A DNA stretch of 64,000 nt from an uncultured delta proteobacterium (lineage in GTDB: Bacteria > Desulfobacterota > WTBG01 > CAIYCZ01): positions 32,001-96,000 of the forward strand of contig CAWDOY010000053.1 of the NCBI GenBank assembly GCA_963803975.1, written 5' to 3'. The notes beneath the pieces are model-generated. The model was given only the letters and a program-made list of their open reading frames with translations. It made no database searches and had not been told where the DNA came from. Within the stretch, counting starts at the first letter, position 1; the number at the start of each line of letters is the position of its first letter. Below, one piece after another: positions 54,650 to 64,000 of this stretch. Made by a program: the position numbers and the translations under genes.

Positions 54650-56448
54650 GAATTTGATACATAGCGTTTATGTCCTGTAACCCTGAATGGGGGCTGGCCA
54701 AGGGGCAGCTGGTAAAAGAGATTGATGCCCTGGGCGGTATCATGGGCAGGGCAATTGATGCCACCGGTATTCAGTTCCGGCTTTTAAACACTAAAAAAGG
54801 CCCTGCAGTACGGTCTTCCCGCGCGCAGGCTGACCGGCAGCTGTACCGGCTGTGGATGAAACATGCTCTTGAATCTGCGATAAACCTTGATATTAAGCAG
54901 GCATCTGCTGAGAAAATACTGGTGCACGACGGGCAGGTGGAGGGAGTCGAAACTGCGCTTGGCGAGCGCTTTTATGCCAACGCCGTGATTCTCACCACCG
55001 GAACGTTTCTCAATGGTCTCATCCATATCGGCCTTGCCAATTTCCCCGCCGGCAGGCTCGGCGAAGCTCCCTCGCTCGGGATGGCAGAAAGCCTGAGACA
55101 GCTCGGATTTACTATCGGCAGGCTTAAGACCGGCACCACCCCGCGCCTTGATGCAAGAACCATAGATTATAGCGTGATGGAAATTCAGGAGGGTGATGAG
55201 TACCCGGTGCCGTTTTCCTTCTCCACCGAAAAGATTACCCAGAGCCAGGTTCCCTGTCACATAACCTATACCAATCAGGAAACCCATGCCATCATCAGGG
55301 AGGGGCTTGACCGCTCCCCTCTCTACACCGGCGTGATCAAGGGCACGGGTGCCCGTTATTGCCCATCCATTGAAGATAAAGTGATGCGGTTTCCTGACCG
55401 GCAGCGTCACCAGATATTTATAGAACCGGAAGGCAGAGATACCGTGGAGGTGTATCCCAACGGCCTTGCCACCAGCCTTCCCCTGGACACGCAGATACGC
55501 ATGCTGCGGAGCATCCGGGGATTGGAGTCGGTTGCAATAATGCGGCCGGGATACGCCATTGAATACGACTATATCAATCCTCTGCAGTTAAAGCGCTCCC
55601 TTGAGACCAAGCAGGTGGCGGGGCTCTATGGTGCGGGCCAGATCAACGGCACCTCTGGTTATGAAGAGGCGGCAGCCCAGGGGCTTATGGCAGGAATCAA
55701 TGCTGCCTTGCAGGTAACCGGCGCAGAGCCGTTTATCCTTGACCGGGCAGAGGCCTATATCGGGGTGCTGATCGATGATCTGGTGACCAGGGGAACCACT
55801 GAACCATACCGCATGTTTACCTCGCGGGCGGAATACCGGCTGCTGCTGCGCGAAGATAATGCCGACCTGCGGCTGCGGGAAAAAGGCTACCGGCTGGGGC
55901 TGGTGGCAGACGCTGATTTCATGAAGCTTCAGCACAAGCAGCAGGAAGTGGATGAAGAGCTCAGGCGGATAGCGGAAACAAACGTTGTCCCGGCGCCCGC
56001 AATCCAGGAGTGGCTCGGCAGGTGGGGCAGTGCTCCCCTGCGGCACGCGGTAACGCTCAAGGAGCTGCTCAGGAGGCCGGAGATTGACTACCGGGCGGTG
56101 AAGGAAATGCCATCCCTTGCACCGGCAGTCTCTGACAGCGCTTTGCAGCAGGTGGAAATTCAGGTAAAGTATGAGGGCTATATAGAGCGGCAGCAGCTGG
56201 TGGTGGAAAAGTTTAAGCGCATGGAGCTGAAACAGATACCGCAGGATATTAATTTCTATGATGTGCCCAGCCTGTCAACCGAGGTGCGGCAGAAGCTGCA
56301 CCAGATACGGCCTGCTTCACTGGGCCAGGCATCACGAATATCGGGTATTACACCCGCAGCACTTTCCATACTTATGATATATATGAAAAAGCAGGAAGGC
56401 AACCTAAACAACCTGAGAACCATCCAGGGGAAGGCATCGGCGCTATGA
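54650..56448 (+). CDS. mnmG: tRNA uridine 5-carboxymethylaminomethyl modification enzyme (5' end missing or garbled)
   Basis: [60 protein letters not shown]; the ~40 N-terminal residues are not in frame. Confidence 0.93.
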
Positions 56449-57206
56449 AAACAAAAGATCTGGAAGCAAAAAAGAAAAATACCGCACAACTCAAAAAAGA
56501 AGCCTCGAGTCTGGGAATGGATCTCTTTGGCGTGGCTGATATTACCGGCCTGAAAAAAGATTTCCGCTACCTGAACAGCGCCACGGTGGAGAACCTGAAC
56601 AGTGCCGTCTCCCTGGGTGTGAGGCTGCTCCAGCCGGTGCTTGAAGACATCCAGGACCAGCCCACCCCCCTCTATTTGCACCACTACCGTCAGGTTAACT
56701 ATCTGCTGGACCGTGCAGCGCTTCTGCTTTCACAGCGGATACAGGAGGATGGATACCTGGCCCTTCCCATTGCCGCATCACAAGTGATTGACTGGGAAAA
56801 ACAATGCGGCCATGTTTCCCACAAAGCCATTGCCATTGCAGCAGGCCTTGGATGGCTGGGCCGGAACAATCTTCTGGTTCATCCCCAGTACGGCGCGCAG
56901 GTCAGACTGGTGACCGTGCTGACAAATTACCCGCTCACAGCCAATGCTCCCCTGAAGCACAGTTGCGAAACCTGCCGGGTCTGCATTGATGCCTGTCCTG
57001 CCCGGGCAATAAAAGACGATCAGGCACAGTTTGACCACAAAGGGTGTTTTGAGACCCTGCGCGGTTTTAAAACCAAAGCCAACATCGGGCACTATATCTG
57101 CGGCATCTGTGTTAAAGCCTGCAATGGGTCTGCAGACCCATCCATGCCCCGCAAACCCCGCAACGCACGAAGTTTTATCACACTGCGAAACACTAAGAGT
57201 GACTAA
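56445..57206 (+). CDS. Epoxyqueuosine reductase-like Fe-S protein (QueG-like)
   Basis: [44 protein letters not shown]. Confidence 0.8.
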   Translation: MKTKDLEAKKKNTAQLKKEASSLGMDLFGVADITGLKKDFRYLNSATVENLNSAVSLGVRLLQPVLEDIQDQPTPLYLHHYRQVNYLLDRAALLLSQRIQEDGYLALPIAASQVIDWEKQCGHVSHKAIAIAAGLGWLGRNNLLVHPQYGAQVRLVTVLTNYPLTANAPLKHSCETCRVCIDACPARAIKDDQAQFDHKGCFETLRGFKTKANIGHYICGICVKACNGSADPSMPRKPRNARSFITLRNTKSD

Positions 57207-58182
57207 CATTGCACCGCAGGGACGGATACTGGAAATTCTTCTGGAGCACTGCGGCAGCTTTGTTCCGGCGGCAACATTCACCGGGTCCGCAGGTGTCTCG
57301 CAGGCAGAATTAGTACCACTCATTGCGTCCCTGCAGCGCCAGGGGATTTCCCTTTCTGTCAGTTCAGCCGACGGATACCGTCTGAACGCACTCCCTGACC
57401 GGCTTGTTCCGCCACTCATACAACAAGGGCTGAAGACCGCGCGCGCAGCGCGGGAAATCCATTACTTTGCACAGACAGATTCAACCAACCGGATTGCCAA
57501 AGAAATGGCTGCTCAAGGAGCAGCAGAGGGCACACTGGTTATTGCCGAAGAGCAGACAGGCGGGCGCGGACGCATGGACCGGACGTGGGTTTCAGCCCCG
57601 TTCAGCAGTATTTTATGCTCAATCATTTTTTATCCCGGCCTGGGCCCTTCTTCCCTGTTCAGGCTGACGATGATGGCATCAGTGGCAGTGGTCAGGGCAA
57701 TAGAGGTGGTCTGCAAGCTCCCGGCACAGATAAAGTGGCCAAATGATGTGTACATCGGGAATAAAAAAGTCTGCGGAATTCTCACCGAATTTGCGGCAGA
57801 GCGCGACCGGGTGCAGTATGCCGTGGTCGGTATAGGAATTAATGTTAATGACGAATTCAGGAGCGCCCCTGAGCTTGCCGGCATAGCGACATCGCTCAAG
57901 AACGAATGCGGCCGAACGATCTCACGGCGAGCGCTGCTGCAGCAGCTCCTTGAAGAGCTTGATCGCGGCTATGAAACACTTCTGCAGGGCAGTGTTGTTG
58001 AGCTGAAGACACTCTGGGAGCAGCACTCCATGATACTGAACAGAAAAGTTACTATTGCGTCGGCACAGGACCTCATGGAAGGAACTGCCCGGGGGATTAC
58101 CGATGACGGCCATCTTCTTCTGGAAGATGTGAGCGGCACCATACGGGAGATTGTGAGCGGCGATGTGTCGTTGCGGATGTAA
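57199..58182 (+). CDS. birA: Biotin-[acetyl-CoA-carboxylase] ligase
   Basis: DSTN, AEEQTGGRGR, IKWPND, KKVCGIL, VSGDV; N-terminal HTH-like region. Confidence 0.95.
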   Translation: MTNIAPQGRILEILLEHCGSFVPAATFTGSAGVSQAELVPLIASLQRQGISLSVSSADGYRLNALPDRLVPPLIQQGLKTARAAREIHYFAQTDSTNRIAKEMAAQGAAEGTLVIAEEQTGGRGRMDRTWVSAPFSSILCSIIFYPGLGPSSLFRLTMMASVAVVRAIEVVCKLPAQIKWPNDVYIGNKKVCGILTEFAAERDRVQYAVVGIGINVNDEFRSAPELAGIATSLKNECGRTISRRALLQQLLEELDRGYETLLQGSVVELKTLWEQHSMILNRKVTIASAQDLMEGTARGITDDGHLLLEDVSGTIREIVSGDVSLRM

Positions 58183-58241
58183 GAAGGGCTGACAGCTGAC
58201 AGCTATGTGTCATGTATCATCTTTCTTTGCCCGGTTACTTT

Positions 58242-59255
58242 ATGAGCAGAAATAAGATTTCAGCATTGTACTCATTTTTACAGAACCTGACAGAGCGCAT
58301 TGTATCCGGCGGTGCTGCCACGCGGCGTGATGCGGAAAAAATTGTCTCCCTGCATGACCAACATGATATCGTCATGCTGGCCGCGCATGCAAATGTCCTG
58401 AGAAACCATTTCACGGGGTCCTGCATCAAGCTCTGTGCCATTGTTAACGCAAAATCCGGCCGCTGCTCTGAAGACTGCATATTCTGCGCACAGTCAGCCC
58501 ATTACAGTACTGACGTTAAGACCTATCCGCTGCTGGCGGCAGAAGATGTTGTGGCCGGTGCTCAGGCAGCCAGAACGGAGGGAGCAGGCCATTTCAGTAT
58601 CGTTACCAGCGGCAAGGGCATTACCAGCGCCGGGGAAATAATAACACTATGCGACTATGTCAAAGCGATCGCACTGCTTGAGCCGCTTATTCCGTGTGCT
58701 TCTCTCGGTGTGCTCTCGCGGCAGGAATTGCTCATGCTGCGGGAGGCCGGACTCAGGCGCTACCATCACAACCTGGAGACCAGCCGGAGCCATTTTAGCG
58801 CCATTTGTTCAACCCATTCCTATGATGACCGGGTGCGGACAATCCGCACGGCACAGGAGGCAGGCCTTGAGGTGTGCGCGGGAGGGATTCTGGGAATGGG
58901 CGAGACCCCGCAGCAATTGATTGAGCTTGCATTTACCTTAAGAGAGCTGAACGTTGAGAGCGTGCCGCTCAATTTTTTAAATCCCATTGCCGGCACGCCG
59001 GCCGCGCGCTATGGCCTGCTGCAGCCGCTGGAGATACTGAAAAGCATTTCCCTGTTCCGGTTTGTCCTGCCGGATAAGGAGATCAGAATCTGCGGCGGCC
59101 GGGAGACCGGGCTGCGCACGCTGCAGCCTTTGATGTATATGGCCGGAGCCAGCGGCACCATGATTGGCAATTACCTGACCACGTCAGGCCGCGCCCCGGC
59201 AGTAGATGTGCAGGAAATTCATGATCTCGCCCTGACCATAGGGCCCATGCCGTAA
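58242..59255 (+). CDS. bioB: Biotin synthase
   Basis: NAKSGRCSEDCIFCAQS, YHHNLETS, GNYLTTSG. Confidence 0.96.
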   Translation: MSRNKISALYSFLQNLTERIVSGGAATRRDAEKIVSLHDQHDIVMLAAHANVLRNHFTGSCIKLCAIVNAKSGRCSEDCIFCAQSAHYSTDVKTYPLLAAEDVVAGAQAARTEGAGHFSIVTSGKGITSAGEIITLCDYVKAIALLEPLIPCASLGVLSRQELLMLREAGLRRYHHNLETSRSHFSAICSTHSYDDRVRTIRTAQEAGLEVCAGGILGMGETPQQLIELAFTLRELNVESVPLNFLNPIAGTPAARYGLLQPLEILKSISLFRFVLPDKEIRICGGRETGLRTLQPLMYMAGASGTMIGNYLTTSGRAPAVDVQEIHDLALTIGPMP

Positions 59256-59256
59256 C

Positions 59257-60690
59257 ATGAGCACCACTGCCGCAACGCTCTGCATACAGGAACTCGGTCC
59301 CTATGATTCATGGGAGAAAATTCCTGAAAAACTGCTTGCCCGGCCGTACAGCTTTTTTCTTGACAGCGCCGGCGGGAGATTTCCCGGCGCGCGCTATTCC
59401 TTTTTGGGGAGCGACCCGTTTCTTGTTTTTAAATGCACGGGCCGGGACATAACCCTTGAGCAAAACGGCCAGGAGAGAAGGCTCAGGGAAGATCCGTTTG
59501 TCTTCTTAAAGAGCCTCATGGGCAGCTTCAAGGTGGAGACAGAAACACCGCCAGCTCCGTTTATCGGCGGCGCGGTGGGCTATTTCGGTTATGACCTGGC
59601 GCGGATAATTGAAACAGTACCGGATACGGCGTGCTCCGATATCGTGGTGCCTGACTGCTGTCTTGGTTTTTACAGCGCGGCTATTATAGTAGATCATCAT
59701 GAGCGGAAGGTGTGGATAGCCTCCTCAGGGCTCCCCGAAGAAACCAAGTCACTGCAGCGCGCCAAAGCGCAGGAAGATATTGAGCATATCTCATCACTGC
59801 TTGCAGATAACAGCGCGGCAGCCTGCTGTAATACGGAAAAAGAGTCCTCCTATCCTGCAGCTGTTCTCTCGGCTCATTTTGACCGGGAGTCATACTGTCG
59901 AGCGATTGCAACCGCAAAACACCATATCGCGGAAGGCGATATTTATCAGGTCAATCTGTCACAGCGGTATTCCTGCCCGGCATCTATTCCCCCGTTCGCT
60001 CTTTTCAAGCGGCTGCGCACGGTCAGCCCGGCGCCGTTCGGGGCTTTTTTTAACGGGGGAGATCATCACATCATCTGTTCATCTCCTGAACGGTTTTTGC
60101 GCATCTCCGGGAGAATAATTGAGACCCGGCCCATAAAAGGGACCAGGCCGCGCGGGGCAACCGAGACTGAAGACCGGCGCCTGCGCGATGAGCTCCTGGC
60201 AAGCGCTAAAGACCGTGCTGAACTCATCATGATTGTTGATCTGGAGCGAAATGACCTGGGCAGGGTGTGCCGGTTCGGCAGCATTCAGACATCAGAGCTC
60301 ATCAGCCTTGAAACACACCCGGTGGTTCATCACCTGGTCGCAACCATCCGGGGCGAACTTGCTGTTGGCTATGATCATGTTGATTGCCTGCGCGCCTGTT
60401 TTCCCGGCGGCTCCATTACCGGCGCGCCCAAAATACGCGCCATGGAGATCATCGAGGAGCTTGAACCGTGCAGACGAAAGGTCTATACTGGATCATTGGG
60501 ATATCTTGGCTTTAACGGCGAATCAGATTTAAATATCCTTATCCGCACCATACTGCATGCGCATGACTCATACTATTTTCACGTGGGCGGGGGCATTGTT
60601 GCCGATTCAGTGCCGGACCTGGAATATGAAGAAACCCTCCACAAGGCGCGGGGCATCATGGAAGCGCTGGGGATGACATGCAGCACATGA
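59257..60690 (+). CDS. pabB: Aminodeoxychorismate synthase component I
   Basis: GDIYQVNLSQ, SSPERFL, TRPIKGTRPRG, MIVDLERNDL, PGGSITGAPK. Confidence 0.9.
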   Translation: MSTTAATLCIQELGPYDSWEKIPEKLLARPYSFFLDSAGGRFPGARYSFLGSDPFLVFKCTGRDITLEQNGQERRLREDPFVFLKSLMGSFKVETETPPAPFIGGAVGYFGYDLARIIETVPDTACSDIVVPDCCLGFYSAAIIVDHHERKVWIASSGLPEETKSLQRAKAQEDIEHISSLLADNSAAACCNTEKESSYPAAVLSAHFDRESYCRAIATAKHHIAEGDIYQVNLSQRYSCPASIPPFALFKRLRTVSPAPFGAFFNGGDHHIICSSPERFLRISGRIIETRPIKGTRPRGATETEDRRLRDELLASAKDRAELIMIVDLERNDLGRVCRFGSIQTSELISLETHPVVHHLVATIRGELAVGYDHVDCLRACFPGGSITGAPKIRAMEIIEELEPCRRKVYTGSLGYLGFNGESDLNILIRTILHAHDSYYFHVGGGIVADSVPDLEYEETLHKARGIMEALGMTCST

Positions 60691-60733
60691 GGGTATTGCC
60701 TCAGCTGGAGGAAGGTTATGCCGGGGAGCGCGT

Positions 60734-61165
60734 ATGCTAACAGATAAGGACATACAGGGAATTCTTGAAAAGTATCACAGCATTGCTGTCTATGGCATGT
60801 CAAAGAGCGAGGAAAAACCAGCTCACTACGTGCCGGCCTTCCTCTTATCAAAGGGATATGCTATTATTCCGGTGAATCCGTCCGCAGATACCATTATTAA
60901 TTTAAAATCCTATGCAAGCCTCAGGGATATTCCTGAACGGATTGATGTACTGCAAGTTTTTCGCCCCTCCGCGCAGGTGCCTGACGTGGTACGGGAAGCT
61001 TTGGAGAGACGGCAGGAGCGGGGAGACATTGAGGTGATCTGGCTTCAGGATGGTATTTATAATGAAGAGGCCCGGAAGCTTGCCGAACGGGCAGGGATTA
61101 TTGTTATCCAGGACCGGTGCATGATGAAAGAATTTAAGCGGCTTATGCCGTACAACAATAGCTGA
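60734..61165 (+). CDS. CoA-binding protein (YccU-like)
   Basis: IAVYGMS, GYAIIPVNP, VFRPS, IWLQDGI, DRCM. Confidence 0.9.
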   Translation: MLTDKDIQGILEKYHSIAVYGMSKSEEKPAHYVPAFLLSKGYAIIPVNPSADTIINLKSYASLRDIPERIDVLQVFRPSAQVPDVVREALERRQERGDIEVIWLQDGIYNEEARKLAERAGIIVIQDRCMMKEFKRLMPYNNS

Positions 61166-61212
61166 CAGTTGAACGCTACACATTTGATTATTTTTTCAGG
61201 GAGGTATCTATC

Positions 61213-62403
61213 ATGGCATTTAAAATCAAAGACAACATCACCTGGGTGGGAAAGATTGACTGGGAGCTGAGAAAGTTTCACGGCGAAGAGCTCTCCACGC
61301 ACCGCGGCTCATCGTACAATTCGTATCTGGTACAAGATGCAAAGACCGTTCTGATTGATACGGTCTGGGGCCCGTTTGACAAAGAGTTTGTAGGGAAGCT
61401 GAAGCAGGTAATCGATCTAAAAAAGATTGATTATGTGATCGCCAACCATGGCGAAACCGATCACAGCGGCAGTCTGCTGGAACTCATGCGCGAGATTCCG
61501 GGCACCCCCATCTACTGCACGGCCAATGCCGTTAAATCCCTTAAAGGGCAGTATCATCAGGACTGGAACTTTCAGGTGGTGAAGACCGGCGACAAGTTGA
61601 ATATCGGCTCACGGGACCTGATATTCATTGAAGCGCCCATGCTGCACTGGCCCGACAGCATGTTCTGCTATCTGACCGGCGACAACATCCTGTTCAGCAA
61701 TGATGCCTTTGGCCAGCACTTTGCTTCAGAGCTCATGTACAATGATCTGGTTGACCAGTGCGAGCTGTTTCAGGAGGCAATAAAATATTATGCCAATATT
61801 CTGACGCCATTCAGCATGCTGGTGGATAAAAAGATCAAAGAAGTCGTCGGCCTTAACCTGCCTGTGGCCATGATCTGCCCGAGCCACGGGATTATGTGGC
61901 GCAAAGACCCGCTGCAGATCGTCAACAAATATGTCCAGTGGGCAAACAATTACCAGGAAAACCAGATCACCATTGTTTATGACAGCATGTGGAACGGCAC
62001 CCGCAAAATGGCAGAGGCGATTGCCGAAGGCATTACCGCGGCGGACAGCAGTGTTACGGTAAAATTGTTTCAGTGCGCCCGCTCGGACAAAGCAGATATC
62101 ATCACCGAGCTTTTCAAGGCCAAGGCAATTCTGGTGGGCTCCCCGACCGTAAACCGGGGCATTCTCTCTGCGGTCGGCGGTATCCTTGAAGAAGTAAAGG
62201 GTCTGGGCTTTAAGAACAAAAAAGCCGCTGCCTTCGGCACCTACGGCTGGAGCGGTGAATCGGTGAAGATACTTACTGAAAAGCTCAGGGAAGCGGGCCT
62301 TGAGGTGCTGCAGGACGGGCTGAGGATAAACTGGAATCCAGACCAGCAGGGCATTGCAAGCTGCATTACCCTGGGGAAAGAGGTGGCGGGGAAGGTGAAA
62401 TAA
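61213..62403 (+). CDS. fprA: Flavodiiron protein (FprA/NorV-like)
   Basis: GSSYNSY, NHGETDHSG, PMLHWPD, SNDAFGQH, PSHG, YDSMWNGT, FGTYGWSGE. Confidence 0.93.
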   Translation: MAFKIKDNITWVGKIDWELRKFHGEELSTHRGSSYNSYLVQDAKTVLIDTVWGPFDKEFVGKLKQVIDLKKIDYVIANHGETDHSGSLLELMREIPGTPIYCTANAVKSLKGQYHQDWNFQVVKTGDKLNIGSRDLIFIEAPMLHWPDSMFCYLTGDNILFSNDAFGQHFASELMYNDLVDQCELFQEAIKYYANILTPFSMLVDKKIKEVVGLNLPVAMICPSHGIMWRKDPLQIVNKYVQWANNYQENQITIVYDSMWNGTRKMAEAIAEGITAADSSVTVKLFQCARSDKADIITELFKAKAILVGSPTVNRGILSAVGGILEEVKGLGFKNKKAAAFGTYGWSGESVKILTEKLREAGLEVLQDGLRINWNPDQQGIASCITLGKEVAGKVK

Positions 62404-62484
62404 GATTTTTTATTTACAATCCCCTTGATTTCATTTTACTACAGGGACCGGGGGGATTGTACAAGGTAAATAAGAGGGGCTGTT

Positions 62485-62901
62485 ATGTCCGCTCCGCAGG
62501 AGATTGTTGATTTAGTTGGGCGGTTTGAGCGCAACCGTGAGGCGTATACCTCAGGGCAGTATAATGAGACACAGCTGAGAAGAGAATTCCTCGACCCGTT
62601 CTTTGAGGTGCTCGGCTGGGATGTGAATAATAAAAAGGGTCACGCTGAGGCATATAAAGATGTCATCCACGAGGACGCCATAAAAATCGGAGGCTTCACC
62701 AAAGCCCCTGACTACTGCTTTCGCATTGGCGGGGTCAGGAAGTTTTTTGTTGAAGCAAAAAAGCCCTCAGTAAACCTCAAAGATGACATAAGCCCTGCCT
62801 TTCAACTGCGCCGCTATGCCTGGTCAGCCCGCCTGCCTTTAAGTATCCTCGCTGAAATTAAAATTGAAAAATCAAGTGATTCAAGGTACTATACTGCATG
62901 A
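62485..62901 (+). pseudogene. N-terminal fragment of a restriction-modification endonuclease (HsdR_N / Type IIG-like), truncated
   Basis: YNETQLRREFLDPFF..LGWDV, APDY, FFVEAKKP, QLRRYAW (PD-(D/E)xK); similarity appears to end near 62850 and no methylase follows. Confidence 0.82.
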
Positions 62902-63095
62902 TGAAACGAACTATGCCCATTGCCATAGTTGATAAAGAAGACCAGAAGGCAACCAGTTTCTTCTGGCTGCAGAAGTCCCCTGAAGAACGGCTCAGCGCGG
63001 TTGAATTTTTAAGGGAGCAGTTTTACAGCATACAGGGCTACACAAGCCTTCCGCGAATGGTTTTCAGCATTACTATCCGGGACAGAAAACCATGA
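62898..63095 (+). CDS. Small protein partnering a nucleotidyltransferase (putative TA-like component)
   Basis: FWLQKSPEERLSAVEFLR; ATGA overlap with the next gene. Confidence 0.75.
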   Translation: MMKRTMPIAIVDKEDQKATSFFWLQKSPEERLSAVEFLREQFYSIQGYTSLPRMVFSITIRDRKP

Positions 63096-63535
63096 ACGTG
63101 CATCCTGATTTCAGTGATTTTATTAAGGCTCTAAAACAGCATGAAGTGCAATTTGTCATTGTGGGTGCTTTTGCGCTTGCATTTCATGGCCAGCCCCGTT
63201 CCACGGGAGATTTGGATGTCTGGATTCAACCAACCCCGGCCAATGCAAAGGCTTTACTTGATGCTCTAAGCACATTTGGCTTCCAGTCATTATCCATTGC
63301 TGAACAGGATATACTCTCGGGGAAAATAATTCAGCTTGGATTTCCTCCGGTAAGAATTGACCTGCTTTCAGCCCTTGATGGGTTAACGTCTGATGAGATA
63401 TGGGCGGGCCGCGCATCCGGGAAATTAGGGGATCATGAAATATGGTATTTAGGGAAGGAAGCTTTTATTAAGAATAAGAAGGCCGTAGGACGACACAAGG
63501 ACCTTGCTGACATAGAATCGCTATCAGGTTTTTAA
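63092..63535 (+). CDS. Nucleotidyltransferase (Pol-beta superfamily, DUF6036-like)
   Basis: VGAFALAFHGQPRSTGDLD, NKKAVGRHKDLAD. Confidence 0.85.
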   Translation: MNVHPDFSDFIKALKQHEVQFVIVGAFALAFHGQPRSTGDLDVWIQPTPANAKALLDALSTFGFQSLSIAEQDILSGKIIQLGFPPVRIDLLSALDGLTSDEIWAGRASGKLGDHEIWYLGKEAFIKNKKAVGRHKDLADIESLSGF

Positions 63536-63551
63536 AAAAGTAGTTTTCTCC

Positions 63552-63676
63552 CAGGCTGGTCAAAAACATCCGGATGCAAGGCGCGCGAAATCGTGAGGAA
63601 TGAGGCGTACGTTACCGTACGTCGCAATGACGAAGGATGAGCGCAACGAAGCAGATGGGTATTTTTCAACAGCCTG
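63552..63676. mobile_element. ~125 bp MITE-like intergenic element with terminal inverted repeats
   Basis: CAGGCTGGTCAAAAAC ... ATTTTTCAACAGCCTG ends; internal GCGTAC-gttacc-GTACGT hairpin. Confidence 0.7.
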
Positions 63677-63778
63677 CTGGAATAATTATGAGCCTTTGTG
63701 ATCAAGGCACCCTTTAAAAAAAGCTTCCCCAGCCCCTCTTGCCCAAAGAGGGGCATTGTTTATACAAAGGATTAATTC

Positions 63779-64000
63779 TTGGAGCGGATTGTATATTACA
63801 ACGGTGTTTTTGCACCTGAAAACAGCGTGTCTATATCGCCATGCAACCGCGGGCTTCTGTATGGGGACGGTCTTTTTGAAACGATGCGGGCCTACGGCGG
63901 GCGCGTTTTCCGGCTTTCGCAGCACCTGGAAAGATTAGCTGATGGTTTATTGGTGCTGCGTATAGAGCCATGCTCGCCAGCTGCCGATATAGAGCGCGCA
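63779..64000 (+). CDS. Class IV PLP-dependent aminotransferase (PabC/IlvE-like), N-terminal part
   Basis: Not in the ORF track. TTG start: ERIVYYNG...NRGLLYGDGLFETMRAYGGRVFRLSQHLERL. Confidence 0.9.
   Translation, partial: MERIVYYNGVFAPENSVSISPCNRGLLYGDGLFETMRAYGGRVFRLSQHLERLADGLLVLRIEPCSPAADIERA

Overview
64 kb of bacterial chromosome with Deltaproteobacteria/Desulfobacterota-like gene content (SfrAB-type oxidoreductase, DUF1844, CFI-box-CTERM-like domain, typical intergenic repeats). Single-base frameshifts occur even in essential genes (glyQ, dnaB, pth), so most split ORFs are probably sequencing or assembly indels; I joined them into single genes. Layout: (1) ppdK, glyS, glyQ, recO; (2) an accessory block in which a c-di-GMP-I riboswitch precedes a secreted M64-type metallopeptidase pair, then a lipoprotein and a ferritin-like gene; (3) a ~16 kb copper island. 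A CsoR-type operator sits between a leftward unit (Cys-rich PPP leader ORF, three small secreted proteins, cusC-cusB-cusA, heavy-metal-binding protein, two unrecognised paralogous Cys-rich proteins) and a rightward unit (csoR, copZ, copA, PCP_red/sulfite-reductase-like Fe-S protein, Cys-rich ORF); (4) envelope genes, sfrBA, pgeF, nadB, tsaD and an AT-rich glycosylation islet; (5) pth/rplY/prs/ispE, a lone dnaK, and an unusual rplU-rpsF-rpsR-rplI-dnaB string; (6) mnmG with a garbled 5' end, birA, bioB, pabB, fprA, a truncated restriction enzyme, a nucleotidyltransferase pair, a MITE-like repeat and a pabC/ilvE start. Best candidate for an undescribed system: the tandem pair of TRASH-like + 2x(4-Cys/PCP_red-like) proteins at the end of the Cus unit, together with the PCP_red Fe-S reductase at the end of the Cop unit. 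No rRNA, tRNA or CRISPR array was seen. All calls are by eye; no database searches were run.
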